Below, in pieces: positions 62,086 to 64,000 of a DNA stretch of 64,000 bases. The first letter of the stretch is position 1. The number at the start of each line of letters is the position of its first letter. Source of the stretch: Octopus sinensis (taxonomy: Eukaryota); the NCBI RefSeq assembly GCF_006345805.1, contig NC_042997.1:72416001-72480000 (forward strand). Direction: 5' to 3'. A program made the position numbers and the translations under genes. The notes under the pieces were generated by a model. The model was not told where the DNA came from. It saw nothing but the letters and a program-made list of their open reading frames with translations, and did not search any database.

Positions 62086-64000
62086 ATGAATGAATGTTCG
62101 TCCTTCGGTTCGAAGATGACCAACTGACATCATCTGATGGAACTGGCGCCATGAGACCGGAGGTGGCTGGTGAGGCCAATCCGGGCAGCGGATGTGAAGG
62201 AGGTTCCGAAGACATCTGAGATGGAAGTGGTTTATCTGGCGCTCGTGCCTTCGGTAAGCAGTCCACGTCTCGCGGCCGTATAGTAGGGTGGTAAGCACGA
62301 CTACCCGGTAGACTTTCAGCTTGGTGTTGATGCTGATTCCTGTCCGCTCCCAGACTTTCTTTCGCAGTCTCCCAAACGCGCTGCTTGCCTTGGAGATTCT
62401 GTTGATGGTTTCAGCATCTATGTTGGCATTGCAGGAGAGAGTGTTGCCCAAGTAGGTGAAGTTTTCCACCACTCGTAGGATCCGTCCGTTCACCCTTATC
62501 TGAGGCTCATGGTATTGTTTGCCGGGGGCTAGCTGAAACATCACTTCGGTTTTCTTGGCACTGATGGTGAGACCGAAGTTGTCACAGGCTGATGAGAACC
62601 TGTCCATCTCGAGCTGCATCTCCTGCTCATCGATTGCATTAAGGGCGCAGTCGTCAGCAAAGAGAAAGTCTCTGACGACCGTCTCCCTCACCTTTGTGAC
62701 AGCCTGCAATCTTCTGGAGTTGAAAAGTTTCCCGTCTGTCCTGTACTTGATGTCGATACCGGACTTGCAGTCCCTAAAGGCGTCGGACAGCATTGCCGAG
62801 AACATGATGCTGAACAGTGTTGGGGCCAGGACACAGCCCTGCCTGACTCCGTTGGTCACCTGGAAGGCTTCAGATGAGTTGCCGTCTTCAAGGACTCTGG
62901 CTGTCATTCCGTCGTGGAACTGGCGGACAATTGCAATAAATTTGCTGGGGCAACCAAATTTTCCCATGACCTTCCATAGTCCCTCCCGACTGACTGTATC
63001 AAAGGCCTTGGTGAGGTCAACAAAGGTCATGCAGAGGTCAAGGTGCTGCTCCATGCATTTCTCCTGGAGCTGGCGGGCGGCGAATATCATGTCAGTGGTC
63101 CCTCGACCCGCGCGGAAGCCACACTGGCTCTCAGGGAGAAGGCCTTGCCGGTGGACATTTTTTTGATGGCTCTGCTCACTTCCTCGACTGCAGGGGGAAC
63201 AGCCAACTCGTGGTTTGTCGGCACCTGGGGGAGTCGTGCGATGGCTTCCTCGTTGATCTGAGCTGGTCGGTTGAGCACGATGTTGAAATGCTCCGCCCAT
63301 CTCTCCAGGATCAGCCTCTTGTTAGTCAGGAGTGAGGTTCCATCCGAGCTGAGCAGGGGGGTTGATCCAAAGGAGAACTGCGGTCCATAGACAGCTTTCA
63401 GCGCCTCGTAGAATTTCTTGGTGTCGTGTTTGTCTGCGTATCCCTGAATCTCATCCGCCTTGGCGCTTAACCATGCGTCTTGCATGAGGCGGAGTTTAGC
63501 CTGGACTGTGCTGCGAATGTTGTTGAAAGCGGCCTTCTTTGCCGTGCAGGTGGTGTCATTTTGGTGAGCCCACAGCAGACGGCGTTTCTCTTCCAGGAGC
63601 TTTTGGATTTCCTGGTCGTTTTCGTCGAACCAGTCCTGGTGGTTCCTCGTAACTTGGCCCAGAGTTTCAAGGGCGATGGAATGAACCATGTCCCTGAATG
63701 ATTCCCACTGCTCATCGATGCTGGACTGGTCACTCCGAATGTCCAACAGCTTGCTGTCCATACGTGACTGGAGATCTTGTGCAGTCAGCTGGTTCTTTAA
63801 TTTCATGATGTTAAGCTTCCTCGTCACTTTCTGACCCTGAAGATGATGAGGCGATGGTCCGTCCAGCAGTCAGCTCCGCACATGGCTTTGACCAGTCTCA
63901 CGTCCCGCCTGTCTTTCGCCCTGACGATGACGTAATCTATCAGATGCCAGTGTTTGGAGCGTGGATGCATCCATGATGTCTTGTTGCGTGTTGGCAGACG
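62085..64000 (-). mobile_element. RTE-BovB-like LINE (runs off window), multiply internally deleted
   Basis: 'WHLIDY', 'WFDEND', 'ERWAEHF', 'QCGFRAGRGTTDMIF', 'FVDLTKAFDTVSR', 'GVRQGCVLAPTLF', 'FADDCAL', 'FTYLG' and C-terminal 'RIGLTSHLRSH*'. (ATTC)n tail. Confidence 0.92.

Overview
AT-rich, microsatellite-rich eukaryotic DNA. Its SINE/LINE repertoire looks molluscan, most likely an octopod cephalopod (inference). Only one intact host-type CDS is recognisable: an intronless FUN14/FUNDC-family gene at 18559-18969 (+). The rest is mostly transposon-derived. Non-LTR elements: an R4/Dong element with a restriction-like endonuclease, a near full-length Tx1/L1-clade element, two CR1 elements, RTE elements with several 5'-truncated copies, and a Penelope-like RT remnant. 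Also present: a Gypsy pol remnant, a decayed Merlin (IS1595/IS1016-like) transposase with Merlin MITEs, pogo- and piggyBac-type MITEs, a mariner fragment, an internally deleted Helitron, and many tRNA-derived SINEs. Most unusual: (1) a tRNA-headed SINE-like element whose body carries a Penelope-type hammerhead ribozyme (54178-54425, minus), plus two further hammerhead motifs; (2) a four-unit SINE concatemer inside a single 17-bp TSD; (3) recurrent short-homology internal deletions in unrelated LINEs; (4) a nested Merlin/Gypsy/foldback complex. All calls come from reading the sequence by eye; no searches were run.
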